64,000 bases of DNA from Marsupella aquatica (GCA_973895155.1 OZ316895.1:1176435-1240434), one strand, 5' to 3'. Positions 24,449 to 37,288 are shown, counted from the first letter of the stretch. Translations and numbers: made by a program. The notes: generated from the letters alone by a model not told the origin.

Positions 24449-27400
24449 ATGGAACAGAGTGACACAGAGATGTGTGAGTATGAAAGGAAAGCTATGGAAC
24501 AACGAGCATACGTGAAAGCCAAAATCGCAGAACTGGATCTGGAAAAGGATGTGGCTGAATTGTAAGGGAACGATTCTCAACTACACCCCTCCGCTGAGTT
24601 TGTGTGACATGAATAGTTCAATGTGGCACTGAAATTGTGACTGTATTCTCATATTGGAATGTCGTAGAGCCACAGCATTTTCAAAGAAACAAAAGGAGTA
24701 CGCAAGAAGGGTGACCAGCACTATCTCTGGGCCTGTGCGTCGGAGTGACAGGTTGAGCAAGAAGGTCGTACCTACAATGGCAGAATGTGGAGATGACATT
24801 GATGCTGCACAGGTGGGTGCAGACACTAGACAAGAAGATGCAGATGATGAGTATTTTCCAGAGGAAATGGATGAGGATGGGGGTTATGAAGATGAATACA
24901 TTGCAGAGCAGCCCCAAAAGAAACATGTAAGTAGTTTTCCCAACAAGGTTTTGAGTTAAAAACTCTTGTTTAGAGGTTTCATATGTTCAGTACTACACAT
25001 ATGTACCTTGCTTAGTTCCTGACATTGTAGTTGGTGATGTGATGCAGCGTCCTGCCAGTTCTGTTTTGCCTTCGAAGCCTGTGCATGCACCATACCAGCA
25101 GGGGGGGCTGACCTCTGATCAAGGTTGGCGAGGTGGTAGTAGTGGTAGATCCCAAGCTGGTGCCCAATACTATGGCAGGGGGCAAGCTCTAGGTTATGCC
25201 CGTAGTAGAGGCAGAGCAGGTCCAAACCCACAATCTCGTGGGTATGGACGTCCACCTCAACCATGGGGATGTGAGTATATATCTATATGCCAGTTCTTTG
25301 TGAAGGCATGGCACTCCTGAATTTCAGACTGCATATCAATTTTTGACATTGTTTGGGATGTATTGGATTCAGACAACATGAAATTCTGTCCACCTGCCAT
25401 TGCATGCAGATTCTGCCCAACCTGATTGGGCAAATGCTAGTAATGATCAGTTCCAATGTCCACAAGGACAGACATGGGTTGAACCAGGTTGGGAGGATGG
25501 TGGTGGGTCGTGGAATGAACAAGGTTGGGAAGGTGGTGAAGGTAATTGGCAGGGATATCAAAATTCAGTACCTACAAACTCTGGAAGAGGAGCAGGTAAT
25601 GTCTGATCTTGTCAGCAATGGAAGAACTCATTATATGTGGAGTCCATTCACGTGGGGGGGACTCTGCACATGTATAATGATAGAAAATGTATGTGTGCAG
25701 GTTGGACAGTCGAACCATCGACTCAAGTATTCACTAATGCCCCTATGCAGATGCAGCACGGAAGGGGGACAGGTATGTCGGTGAATGTTCAGTTGTTTTC
25801 CTACAGTTTGTACTTAGTTTTCAGTACATATGTTTGCACACACATACCTAGAAAGTGACATCATCCGGCCCCTGTACTAGGCTGGACAGGTGGTCCAGGG
25901 TCGCAACAATTTCAGAGTGCAGTCCCTGCACAGGCATCTACAGGCAGAGCTACAGGTATGTATGTTTGAAGAATTTTTCTTGAAGTGAAGCATTGAATGT
26001 TGCCGTCATCCATTCTGCTATATGTAGTTCTCAAGCATGAATGGCATTGTATTTTCCCAGGTGGCTTCAGAACCCCAGGTAGGGTGAATGAAGGGGTGGC
26101 CAATACAACGCCCAGTACTACCGAGAGCAGTGCACGAGGGGAGGTGACAAAGAAAGGGAACGTAAAGTTGAATGAGAGACAATGGGTGGATGCTGAGTGT
26201 CCTCGCAAGAACCGATGGCATGCTGATTTGAAAGCTGAAGTATTGCGTTGGTTAGATGTGAGTGTTATTAATTTTAAAAAACAGCATCCAAAAGATTGGA
26301 AGACTGTATGTGAAAATGTTGCTGCCAAATGGAATTATGTGGGCAGTGATGATGGCGTGGACATAGGTTGCCTAGAGAGTACAGCAGGTAAAATTATCAA
26401 GCAAGAGAGGTGGAGAATGCATAAGGCTTGGAAGGAAGGTGGGGAGAAGCCAGATATGCCTCCACCAGCCAGTTGTGATGATAAAGTGTGGGCAAGGTTA
26501 GTAGCTTATTTTGTAACAGATGCTTCAAAAAAGAAGAGTTCACAGATGACCGAGGCCAGGTTGAGTGTTCAGAACCCTAATCTGACAGGAAGGACCGGCA
26601 CTGCACCGACAGCTAAACGTTTGGTAAGAATGAATGGCCTAGCTATGTAATTTATGCTACACTATGTACTATTTTTTAGTGTAAACCCATACATGTAAAC
26701 TTTGTTTTTTAGTGTATGTTCCCTGAATATTGATCGATAACTTGTGTTTGCCATGCATGTGCAGAAAGCCCAATTGGGGCAAAGCCCTTCAAAAGAAGAG
26801 TTGAGGGCTGAAATTGTGAACACCCGGGCTCAAGAGGGTGCATCTGAATCCTCCAAGCATGTAAGTTATATGAGTTCTGATTGGTAATTGAATGACCTGC
26901 GTTGAATTTCAGGTGTACACTGTATATAACATTGATTGTGCATATATTGCCCAACATTTCATATGGAGTGATTGAACCTATACCCATGTGTCATGTAGGG
27001 AGGTGGATCTTCACTTACAGAGATAAGTGGTCGTTTGAAGGCTGTCGAAACATGTCTTCCAGAGATCAATGAACGTTTGAATTCATTGACTGACTTGTTC
27101 CATGTGAACTTCAAGACATTAATGGAAGCTGTTGTGTCGGTGAGAGATAAAATTGATTCCAATTCTGCAGGAGTTCCACCATCACCACTTGAGGTGGCAA
27201 AGTCGATGCACTCTTCTGGCATGCCAACGACATGTAGGCTTGAAGGTAAGGCCTTTACAACTGTGTGGGATATGATTATTAAATGTATAGTTTGAATTGA
27301 CATTGTTTGTTGAATGTGTTATTTTCAGTAACATATATTGTGGTTGTTGTGTCCATAGAGAATAAGACAGGTGCTACAGAGAAGAAGTATGAGAACCTGG

Positions 27401-28155
27401 CAAATACTCGCTGTAATTTAGAGGCAACAAAGTTGCAGTCTGTACAAGCAACTTGTTTGACAGAGGGCAGTCAACCATGTTTGGATGAGGATGACATTGG
27501 CAAGGGAGTGGATGATATCAATGTTGGGGCAAATGAGGATATCAGCAAGCATGACAATGATACCATTGAGCCAGATTCATGCTATGTAGATCTTGACTCC
27601 ATTGCAGAGATAAATGATTTGCAGAATGTATCATTCTCAATGACAGGTGTGCCTCTTGTTGAGATAAATCCAACCAAAGAGTTAGTTGGTATGACACTCC
27701 CAGGTGATGAACCTGCTACTGTGACAGTCCTAACAGAGGAACCTACTGAGCCTAGCTTCACTACTGTGAAGAGAGGAAGCATGCGCACACGAAGCAAGTC
27801 TGCTGGTGGGAGCAGAGCCACGTCAAAGGTTTCATACAAACCTCCAAGAACAGTGCTGGCAGAAAGATCTAAGGTGGAAGTGGGGAAAGCACCTAATGCT
27901 GAGGGACAAAGTGGCTTGTTAGCTGTTGATGAGAGTGGAACACGAGTAGGATTTGCCAAAGTGCAGGTTGGTTCCACAACGTTCCATGGCAAGAGGATTC
28001 CCCCAGGTTATTCAGTAGTGTTAGTCACATTACTAGTGAAACCTAAAGCTGTCCTTCCCATTCCAAACACAAATGATGATCCTCCTCAAAAGACACTTGG
28101 AGATGCTGCAGGTTCTTTGGTATTATGGCCAAGCAAGTTCATAGAGGATCCATAA
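24449..28155 (+). CDS. Multi-exon CACTA TnpA-like gene (Ptta/En-Spm-type core and TNP1-like C-terminal domain); exon structure approximate
   Basis: VWARLVAYF...KKSSQMTEARLSVQNPNLTGRTG in ORF 25997-26650; TFHGKRIPPGYSVV...LPIPN...TLGDAAGSLVLWP in ORF 27307-28155; many short GT-AG introns; canonical position downstream of TnpD. Confidence 0.75.
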
Positions 28156-29010
28156 CAATGTCATGCCATTATTTGTTTGTAGTGTGAGTCATGTTATGTA
28201 GATTTTAGATGTCAAGAAGCAGTACAAGAATCATGTCCTCTTGGAGATTCATAGTATCATGCATGTGCTTTCAGTTATCTCATCCTACAGTCATCAATTA
28301 TGAGTTCCTGTTTTGTCTAAATTACATTGATCACATTGTAAACTATTCCATTGGAATTCAAATGATCTTCATTTTTTAGCAAGATTGTGATTGTGTTTAA
28401 TTCTTATGAATGTTTTATGTAGGATCTGCTTATATGATGCTTTGTTTCATGTGGATGTCATTCATGCTATGTTCATTTCTTGTATTCAATGTGTTATATT
28501 TCTAAAGTTAGAACATCAGGTTTCTATGTATTGTAATGTCGAGTGCTCTCTCTCCTTATGAACTGTCCCTCTGTGTTCATTAGTCATGGTTATAACTTGC
28601 ATGTGAACCTTATTAGTTATAAACATGAGTATATAGAGTCCCAAATGGTTCTGTTGTGTGACGCGGGCCAGGGTCTCCATTGGTCTCTCCTGTGACACTA
28701 AATAGTCACACGCTAGTCGTTGTTGAATGCGGGTAAGTCATGTATGTGACTTACGATGTGACTCGCTGAAGTCATATTGCAGTCACGTCGAAACAAGGCT
28801 AGACTCCACAATAAAGTCACAGATCAGTCACAAATGGGTATCAAGCAAGTTGCAAAGCCCAGTATCAATAGTGACTTCCATTTTTTGGTCTCAACTTTTG
28901 CAATTCCAAGGGTCACAGCGTGGGTCAAGTCACGTTGAGTCACAATGAAGTCACATGAGCCAAAATGAGTCATATATTGCGGTCTCAGTTCACCTCGGAT
29001 TCTTCTAGTG

Positions 29011-32000
29011 GTAGCTTCCCATTCTTCTTCTGCACTGTGAACCACCAATTGGAGTATGGTGCATTTGATCTCTCAAGTATCTTAGCATCTAACTTCTCTT
29101 TCAACAATGCTATCAACTTTGGTGTTAGTGCTCTTGGAACTGAAATTGGCTTCAAATCCCATGGTATGTGTGGAACTGTAAAAATAACCATTGGTGTTAC
29201 CTTCTGTGGATCCACACATCCTATCTCCTCCATAGAAAAGGAAAATGCCCTCCCATGCTCTTTGATCATCTTTTTGAATGCCTCCTTCTCGATCATGGTA
29301 AGTAGTCCATCATCACCAATTTGTAATTGGTTCAAAGTATCTTCTGTGAATGTATGTCCAATTTTTCTTTTATCTCTCAAACTAGGCTCCTTGCTAGCAC
29401 TTCTTAAAATATCTCTTGCATCAGCTGGTAGAGGTGTGGCTGCTGGTCTAACCTTCTTATCTATTATCTTGTACTTTGTGTTCACCTCAACCAACTCTTC
29501 TATATGCTGATATAGCAATGGGCCTACTTCTATCTCACCCTTTCCATCATTCAAATCTACTATAACTTGCTGCAAAGTGGGACAACAACCTTGTTCATCT
29601 AGCACACCTTCTATGTTATCACTTAAATCCATAACACCTGACTAACTAACATAGCCTTACTTCTTTCAATTCTCTTTTTTAATTTTCTTGATGCCTCTCT
29701 AACTTGCATATATGAAACCTCTCTATCTCTCCCTATAGCTACAAACGAAGACAAGGAAAATCTTATGTTTGGTGAGTCACTCACATTGGCATCCTGCCTG
29801 CTCACCCTCATTAACGGGATGCCAATCAGAAATTTTCTTGGTCCTTCATCTCTTCACTTGCTCTCAGCTCCTTCCTATTTCTCACATGATCCGGGCGAAC
29901 TGTTGGAAATTGGATAACACGAAGATTATCCTTACTCTTGACTTTGGCCATATGAGTACCATCATCAAGAACCTTAGTCTCTAGTCTCCATTCTGTAATG
30001 AAAGGTTGTCCTAGAAGAAGTGGATAAGGTAAGGAATCATGAACAAAGACATTGATGTCTTCAAGCACATTTCCTACCTTAAGCTTCACATCAGGACAAG
30101 CTCCCCACAAAGAATTGTGATTTGCATTCACTGATTTCACCTTCCATTGGATGTCTCGAATCCACCTTCCACCTTCCTTGGTTGTAGAGCTCCCTTGACA
30201 TTAGATTCACCTCTGATCCTGAATCAATAAGTGCCTTGATAGGACCTTTGACTCCAATCAGCTCCACCTCAACTTCATCACAAGCTCTTGCCCAATATGA
30301 CTCCATTTCTTTTATAGATTTAGCATGATAGAAATCTACCTCAACTTTGTTGTCTTCAACTTGTACTGCACAAATGCTCACGCTCTTAGTTTCTCCTCCA
30401 TTGTCTGAATCCTCCATCTCCCCAGCTAGAGCATGAGGACCCTCTTTGTAAAAATGTTTCTTCTTTGATCTTGTAAGAATTGCTTCTTGTATGTCTTTCC
30501 TCAAACTCCCAAAGAACTCCTCATTTGTAAAACCACAGGCTTCTTGCTTCCAAAACTTATCAGCAATTCTCTCTGGTTCAATTGTTTGTTCCACATCACG
30601 GCCTAGTATCCACCCAGGTCCCTTTTTGGTTGACTTATCATTCTTCTTCTCTTCCTCCATTGGTGAATCTGAAGTTTCTCTTCTTGGCATCTTTCCTCTT
30701 GGCTCATCACTTGAAGGAGTTTTGCGCTTGTCCTCCACTCTTGCTTCCCATGTAGCTCCAACTTCTGCAGTAATTGGGGCTATTAACACAGGAGCATCCC
30801 ATCCAGTTTGTTGACGAATGTAGTCAGCAAGCTTTTTCTTTCCTGTCTCATCAAGTACCTTTTCTGAAAAACAACTTGTTGCAGCAAAAATGTTAGGCTC
30901 GATTATAGTTGATGCTGTGTCTACTCCTTCTGTTGCCAACTTTTTCTCCACTAAGGCTCTCATCCCTCCACGATTATTGTTGAGTGGTATAAGTTCCTCA
31001 GTGTTGTAGTATGCAAGCTTCTTTTGTCCTTGCTCACCAACAAAACTTCACAAGTCGATTTCGAAGTGCTGCAGAAAGTTCAGTGCAATCATTTCTTCTA
31101 TGCTCCTTGCTGTCACACCACATGCAATTCCATGTGCGATTTGTTGTTGTTGTAGTCTTGGTTGCTTGCGTCTGGTTTAGAACTTGGGTTGTAAGAATGG
31201 TCAAGTTCCTCATCAAATCAACAAGCTCTTCAACTGCTCCTCCTTTGCCTTCTTGTACTGTGGACTTGATCTCCTTCTTCTCACTCCCACTAGTAGTATT
31301 ATCCATCCTTGTAGTGATTGATGTCTTGGTTTGACTTGGAACTCCACTGATAGCCTCTTGATCCAAGTCTCTTCTTCTATGTCGATGACTTACCTTCATC
31401 ACTGCCTTCTCAATGTTCTCCCAATTTGTAGAAGAGTCAGTACGATCTGGATCAATTAGATCCAAAGCATTCTCCAACTCATCCCTTAGCTTCTCATCTG
31501 TAGCTCTAAGAAATAGAGTACACCTCTGCATCCGGATGACTTGTGCCTCTGAATCTGGAATAGTTCTTGTGGCCCCAATTTCTTGTTCCTCTCATGGACC
31601 CAATCACAAAATGTCACTTGTGTAATTCGATCAGCATCCTCCAATTGGAATTCCTCCTTCATGCATTTCTCAAAACACCTCCATGTCTTGTCTTTTGATG
31701 CCTCAAGAACTATAGCATCAACGATCCCTTTTAATTCAAGGTCCACCAATGTTGAAAATTGACGAATTGCAACCTCTTCTGAAAGTTGCTCAATAGTAGC
31801 CTCTTGCCAATAGGTCTTCATGTAACGAGTTACATTACGACCATCAAATTGCCCATTCTTCTCAAGAACCTTCCTCAAGCACCTTGTTGCACAATGTGCT
31901 TGCTCTCTCTTTTGATTTTCTGCTGTATCGGTTTGTTTCATACTCTGCATCAAAGTTAACAACATTCTAGACATGGTATCCATGTCCATAGTGTTGGGGG

Positions 32001-32037
32001 ACATACTTGAGTCTCCCATGTCAGTACTGTTAGGCAT
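29011..32037 (-). pseudogene. Gypsy gag, protease and RT N-terminus, with frameshifts and stops
   Basis: FDGRNVTRY (gag); zinc knuckle CMWCDSKEHRRNDC; protease ALIDSGSEVN and LLLGQPF; RT start PHIPW...SNAPYSNWWFTVQKKNGKL. Confidence 0.9.
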
Positions 32038-33375
32038 TGCTATATATCAACTTGTTTACTCTCTCGCAATGAATAGGCACCCACCACCTAGGTGTCCCTA
32101 GACCAATTGTCTAGTAAAGCAAGTTAGCCTCTTCTAGTAATGCAATACTTCCTTTTTTCTTCCAAAAATAGGCCCCAAGAGTCTCCCCAATATGGTCGCC
32201 ACTTATGTCGCGGTCATTGGTTCATCTCACGGGTCATGTACACTCCTCCTTCTCCTCTGGGCTGGCCAAAGTTTTGTGCTGGGTTGGTCAGATCAGGGTG
32301 GATTGGCCAGTATTGGTTGGTCCAACGGTCACAGTTTATGGCATGGTATTATGGTGCAGAGGAGCTGGTTATATGGAAGAGTTTGCTTCTCCTTCCTACT
32401 GGGGTTGAACATCAGGTCTAGGGTGTTCAACCTCGGGGGTCTCACTATATGGATGCCTCCCCATCCCATGCGACGTTTTTAGGCCTCGGACCCCCTAAAA
32501 TGTAAGAAAAAAAAATATTTTTCAACCCCTATAAAGTTGGAATATTCTTGGAATATTCCAAAAATTTGGTTAGAAAGACCCTAATGTTCTTATAAGTCTC
32601 AAAATTGAATTTAAAAGACCCTATTGTTCTTCTACAAAAATTCTTAAGTCTTCCCTTCAAACCAATAAAATGACCCTATTCTTCGTCGCACGTGATGTGC
32701 CATTTTTGTGGAATTGAAACCCCCGAGTGTTCAACTCTCTCTCTCACCTCGGGGTGGCTGCAGATTCTTCATCCATTTCATTCGGCACCCCTTGCCCCTT
32801 TTCCTGGTGGACAGGCCTTGGTCATTTGGCTCCCTCTCAGGCATGATTCCTCTATAATTCGGGATCTTCGTACTCAGGTGAATATCGGCCCAGGACCTCG
32901 GAGGAAGCAAACCATCGATCGAGGCTTCACAAGGACCACAGTGCTAAAGCTCTTCTGTGACCAAATCAAAGGGGATTTTTTCTCCTGTCCAGGTCCGTGG
33001 ATACAGTTTGTTGTTCCTCATCGCATTGGGGGGATGGCCTATCACTAGTACATATTAAGCTGATTTCCGATGCTCAATTTTTGCGAACAATCGCCGTCCG
33101 ATTCTTTTAGCATCGGAAATTCCGATTATCAAAAAATGGCAATATGCCATACTCTCGGCTTCGGATATCTTCATTTCCGATATAATTGACAACGGAACCT
33201 TTCCGATGCGTTAAAAAACGGATCATATCCGTTAGAAAACACATCGGATCCCTCAACAGAAACTTTGATTGATATGTCCGATGTTTTTTGTAATGAAAAT
33301 GATGTGCGTTACAATATTGATCGAAAACTTTCCGTAGTTAATAAGAACGGATATTATATCCGATTGTGCTAACAT

Positions 33376-33530
33376 GGCAAAGTCCGATGTTGGGAGAATG
33401 GGAAAGTCCGATGTTGGGAGTATGGGAAAGTCCGATGCTAGAAGAATGGGAAAGTCCGATGCTGGGAGTATGGGAAAGTCCGATGCTAGAAGAATGGGAA
33501 AGTCCGATGCTGGGAGTATGGGAAAGTCTG
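33376..33530 (+). repeat. 24-bp subterminal tandem array, left arm
   Basis: About 6-7 copies of ggaaagtccgatgctgggagtatg. Confidence 0.9.
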
Positions 33531-34375
33531 GTTATGACAAAAAGAAAATTTTTGATTGTGTTAGAATGAAAAGTTTTGATGTGTTAGATGGGGTATGTGG
33601 TTGCACCGACATACTCTTCCCAAAAGATGCAATCATTCTTGCATGCATGAATAACTTCATACTTGAGGCAAATGGACTTGAGTGTTGTTTTTGCCTCATT
33701 CCAAGACCCAACATATTGTTCCCTTACGAAAATATGTGCTCAACATGCCAAGTCCAAAATACATCATCTAGAAGGAGGTTGTTTGTCCCATGTAGTCTTT
33801 GTTGCAAGTCCAACAATAACATAGTTGATAAAAGATGAGACAATCAGGAGCCATTGACGCTGAGGCTTTGGAAGGACCAAAATATCATCCATAACTAATA
33901 AGCCATAATTATCCCATATCAAATCTAATGAAGGAGGGCTTTACTATCGATGAATGACCCGTGCCAGATTTCTATTGGTTTCTCCTAGGGGAATGTAACA
34001 GGGTAACTAGAATAGGTCACTTGATGCAAAGATCTAATCTCATGATAGAGAAAAATGGATCAAGAATGGGTCCAAATTATGGGTCTTAGTAAACTCACAA
34101 GTGTATAAAATCCCCAAACACTCTAAGTCAAACAACAAAAGTGCTAAGCTTGCATGTACAATGTAAGGAATAAGAACCACAAAGTTAAGCTCATGTTGGA
34201 GGAATAGCAATTGGGATGGGTGACCAATTAGTTGAGAAAATTTGAAGAGTTCACATGTCAAGGGAGATGGGCACCTAGCTCATAGTTCCAAATGAAAGTA
34301 GAAACCCAATTAAAGGAAGAGATGGGTGACCTGAGCATGTCGCGTCCGCTGAAATGCATATCCCATTTTGATTGC

Positions 34376-34533
34376 TTCGGACTTTCCCATTCTCCTAGCA
34401 TCGGATTTTCCCATTCTCCTAGCATCGGACTTTCCCATTCTCTCACTATCGGACTTTCCCATTCTCCTAGCATCGGACTTTCCCATTCTCCCACCATCGG
34501 ACTTTCCCATTCTCCCACCATCGGACTTTCCGA
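34376..34533 (-). repeat. 24-bp subterminal tandem array, right arm, inverted relative to the left
   Basis: About 6-7 copies of tcggactttcccattctcctagca. Confidence 0.9.
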
Positions 34534-34677
34534 TAGAAGTCCGATTGTCGATATCCGATACTATTAAAATGGCATGTTGCGATGCTAGTAGTATCGGATA
34601 TATGGTTTTTCAAATTTTATTTTACAAAGGCGTCCGATGTGGAGAGAATCGGAAAAAGGAGGTAAAATGTACTAGTG

Positions 34678-35011
34678 TATGAGATGGGCTCAGCAGCAGG
34701 GGTCCTGGCTTTTGGGGTCCATGGCTAGTTTAGGGTTTAAACCCTAAACCCTAAGCAGGGGTCCTGGCTTTTGGGGTCCTGGCTTTTGGGGTCCATGGCT
34801 TTTGGGGTCCATGGCTAGCTTACTCATTGTAACGGAGCAACTTGAGGAAGAGTGAGAGCATGTGTGTTCGTCTACTCTTGAAGTAAAGCTTGAGTGTTCG
34901 TGTGGACGTAGCCTTGGAGAAGACGTGAACCACGTAGAGATTGTGTCGACTACGTGTGCATGGAATGAATCATGGTTGTATGGTCGTTGCGAATGACGTC
35001 TTAGTTCAACA
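34678..35011 (+). mobile_element. 3' part of a Copia-like LTR related to 7603-8023; its 5' end may be at ~33009, split off by the small CACTA
   Basis: gtggacgtagcc..gtgaaccacgta..ttgtgtcgacta..cgttgcga..tcaaca matches the reverse complement of 7603-7720; ends CAACA; no PBS follows and no TSD was found. Confidence 0.65.
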
Positions 35012-37288
35012 GAATGTCCCTTTTTGTTGTGAGTATCTTTGAATTCCTCACACCTTTAATGAATTTTTTTTGTGGTAGTGAGTATCTTTACCTTATTTTG
35101 CGCAGTTGATTGGGGCTTTTTTTGGTCTCCTTTGGTGAGTATATTTTGTTAGTTTTTGCCAATTTTTGGGCCGTTTTTTGGTCTCCTTTGGTGAGTATAT
35201 TTTGTTAGTAATGAGTATCTTTCCATTATTTCGTTCAGTTTGTTGGATCTTTGTGTCTTTGAGATATTGTCTCCCTGCGTGGTGCATTTTGTTCCCTTAT
35301 GTTGTCCCTTAAATCTTGGGTCTTTTTGTCTTCAGTTATTTGTATGTTGGTATGGTGATTTTTTCTTCCTGAGAGCATGTCCAACCCAACTGGGTTGTAC
35401 TTACTGGGTACATTAAATTACCAATTTGACAATATAGTTTTTTTGGGGTGCTTTTTGTTCTAGCATCTCCAACCCAACTGGGTTACTTTGCTTACTGGGT
35501 ACTTTAAAATACCCATCCAGACTGACTACGGCTCACGTTTGTGGTATTGTCGTTGTAGAGAAGGACCTAGATGCCAACAATTCCTGTCAGCTCGGGTGTC
35601 AGCTATTTGTGTTGTAGACTTTTGCAGCTTGGAATTTGATACTCGTGCATGGTGTTGGAGATGGGGAGAAGATATGAGACTCAAGAGTTTCTCCACACGC
35701 GAACAATGATATGGTAGTTTTTATTGATTAAAAAAAAAAAGACTCTAATTAAGAATTTTTTCAGAAGAACAATATTGTCTTACAAATACAATGTAAGTTC
35801 AGATTTATAAGAACATTAGTGTACTTTTAATCAAATGTTTGGACCATTCCAAAAATGTTCCAACTTTAAAAAGGGTTAATTTTTAATTTATTTATTTTAC
35901 ATTTGATCTGGTTAGAGTACAAAAATAGTTGCAAGTGATGAGGAGAGCTCCATATAGTGAGACCCATTGACATCAAACCCTATGCCGTATCATTAGCCAA
36001 TTGGACTTGACACTGCTAGATGTCATTAGCCAATTGGGTAATCAGAATCTGAATCTGTTCAGACCCAGCCGAAAGCAATCAGAATCAGCATCTGTTCAAG
36101 CAGAACGTAATTGGAGAGTTCGGCATTAGATTCTCTCAGAAGTTGTGCATCATTTGTACTCCGCTGGGTTCCGATTCCCCAGTCAAGGCTATTGAACGCC
36201 ATCTCTTCTGTTCTTTCTTCTGTTCTTTCAAATGCTGCTACGCTTTGTGGAGGCAAAGCTGCCTAGTCTGGTTGCTCTTTTAGAATCAGCTCGGGCAGGA
36301 GTTAGGTGTAGCTTTTATCTTAGATTGCGTTTGATTCCTGGGCCTTGGTTTTGGTGGCAGTGGACTTTGCTCAATTGCTCGGTTTCATCCGCTTGATTTG
36401 GTCCGGGGCCATTATTGGAGAGGATGGTTGTAGGCGCCCCCTCCCCTCCTTTCTTTGGGGTTGATTTGGTTGCTGGAGTTTGATGGTCTCTCCTTCTTTA
36501 TATTAAGCGTCTCATAGTTGCTTATGCTTTGGTGCTCCTTTCTCTGGCTGTCATTGTGCCTCTTTCATGGCAGTACTTTTGCTTGGAAGGAGTGCTCTTA
36601 TGTTACCTTGCCGCTGGGCTTTTATATAACATTTATAAAAACGATGTCAAGGAAAATACCCAGCTGGACTTCCTTTTTTAGTTCAGAGTAAGTACAGTCG
36701 CCATCATGGCCGGTAGATATCATGGCCAATTTCTCTAATTAGCATCTAACACAGTAGATTGAAATCTATCTTGAAAAAAGTGCATCAAATCAGATCTTGT
36801 TTAAAAGGTCCAGATCCTGTAACCACAAAACCCAGATAGCATTCCTCCGAGATGGTTAGATTCTTACTTTTTGCATTGTCTAAAGTGCGTTTGGGTCAAC
36901 ACCCCACCACCGTTACAATCACAAAACCAAACAAGGCTGCTCTAATGGCAGTGTGAGAGACAAAATACGAAGTAATATTCTGCAAAGCCTACTTGAATGT
37001 TCCCCGTAGTCCAAACAAGCCCCCCATGCACGAGAACACAGAACATGACTGCTATAACATGGCTGGTCAATAATCAGTGCTTTTATTGAACTCTTCGATC
37101 TGTGAAGTTCTTCTTGCAGGAGTCGGATTGTGTCAGTTCGCTTCATTTGGGTGTTTGATGGTCTCGGGTTAGCGATTCCGCCTTCGAATTTGAAACTGAG
37201 CTTACGTTCTTCTTCTGAGAAGCTGAGCTGACTGAAGAATTCCGGCAGCGCGAAATTCGAATTCGATCCTGTGGCCGGAAGTTTAATT

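Larger units (their letters stand above)
11010..29010 (+). mobile_element. 18,001-bp CACTA (En/Spm) transposon with both ends intact and cargo genes
   Basis: Left TIR CACTAGAAGAAACCGAG..CTGAGACC; right TIR (reverse complement) CACTAGAAGAATCCGAG..CTGAGACC; TSD GTA at 11007-11009 and 29011-29013; gtgact/agtcac subterminal motifs; internal TnpD- and TnpA-like genes. Confidence 0.97.
8525..32250 (-). mobile_element. Decayed Ty3/Gypsy element (gag-PR-RT-RH-INT) interrupted by the 18-kb CACTA; only a short piece of the 5' LTR is visible
   Basis: Gypsy domain order; PBS-like TGGCGACC at 32194-32201 just after the LTR end (...GCGACA, 32206); the RT frame rejoins across the CACTA. Confidence 0.92.
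33043..34677. mobile_element. Non-autonomous CACTA deletion derivative, 1635 bp
   Basis: TIRs CACTAGTACATATTA and CACTAGTACATTTTA; TSD TAT; transposase remnant on the minus strand at ~33600-33780 (SWNEAK..YEVIHACKNDCI). Confidence 0.93.
32421..35980. mobile_element. Old non-autonomous element with ~200-bp degenerate TIRs, flanked by TA, containing nested insertions
   Basis: 32421-32610 (ggg..gggtctcactatatgga..aaagttggaa..ctaatgttcttataa) is an inverted match to 35800-35980; TA on both sides. Confidence 0.6.

Noticed and set aside
9119-31625. Many ORFs antisense to pol, TnpD, TnpA, PHD and BRCT
   Set aside because: Shadow ORFs of real coding sequence
33366-34682. Repeat-peptide ORFs (WESPMLG, MGKSDA, SDFPILL)
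   Set aside because: Products of the 24-bp arrays, open in several frames
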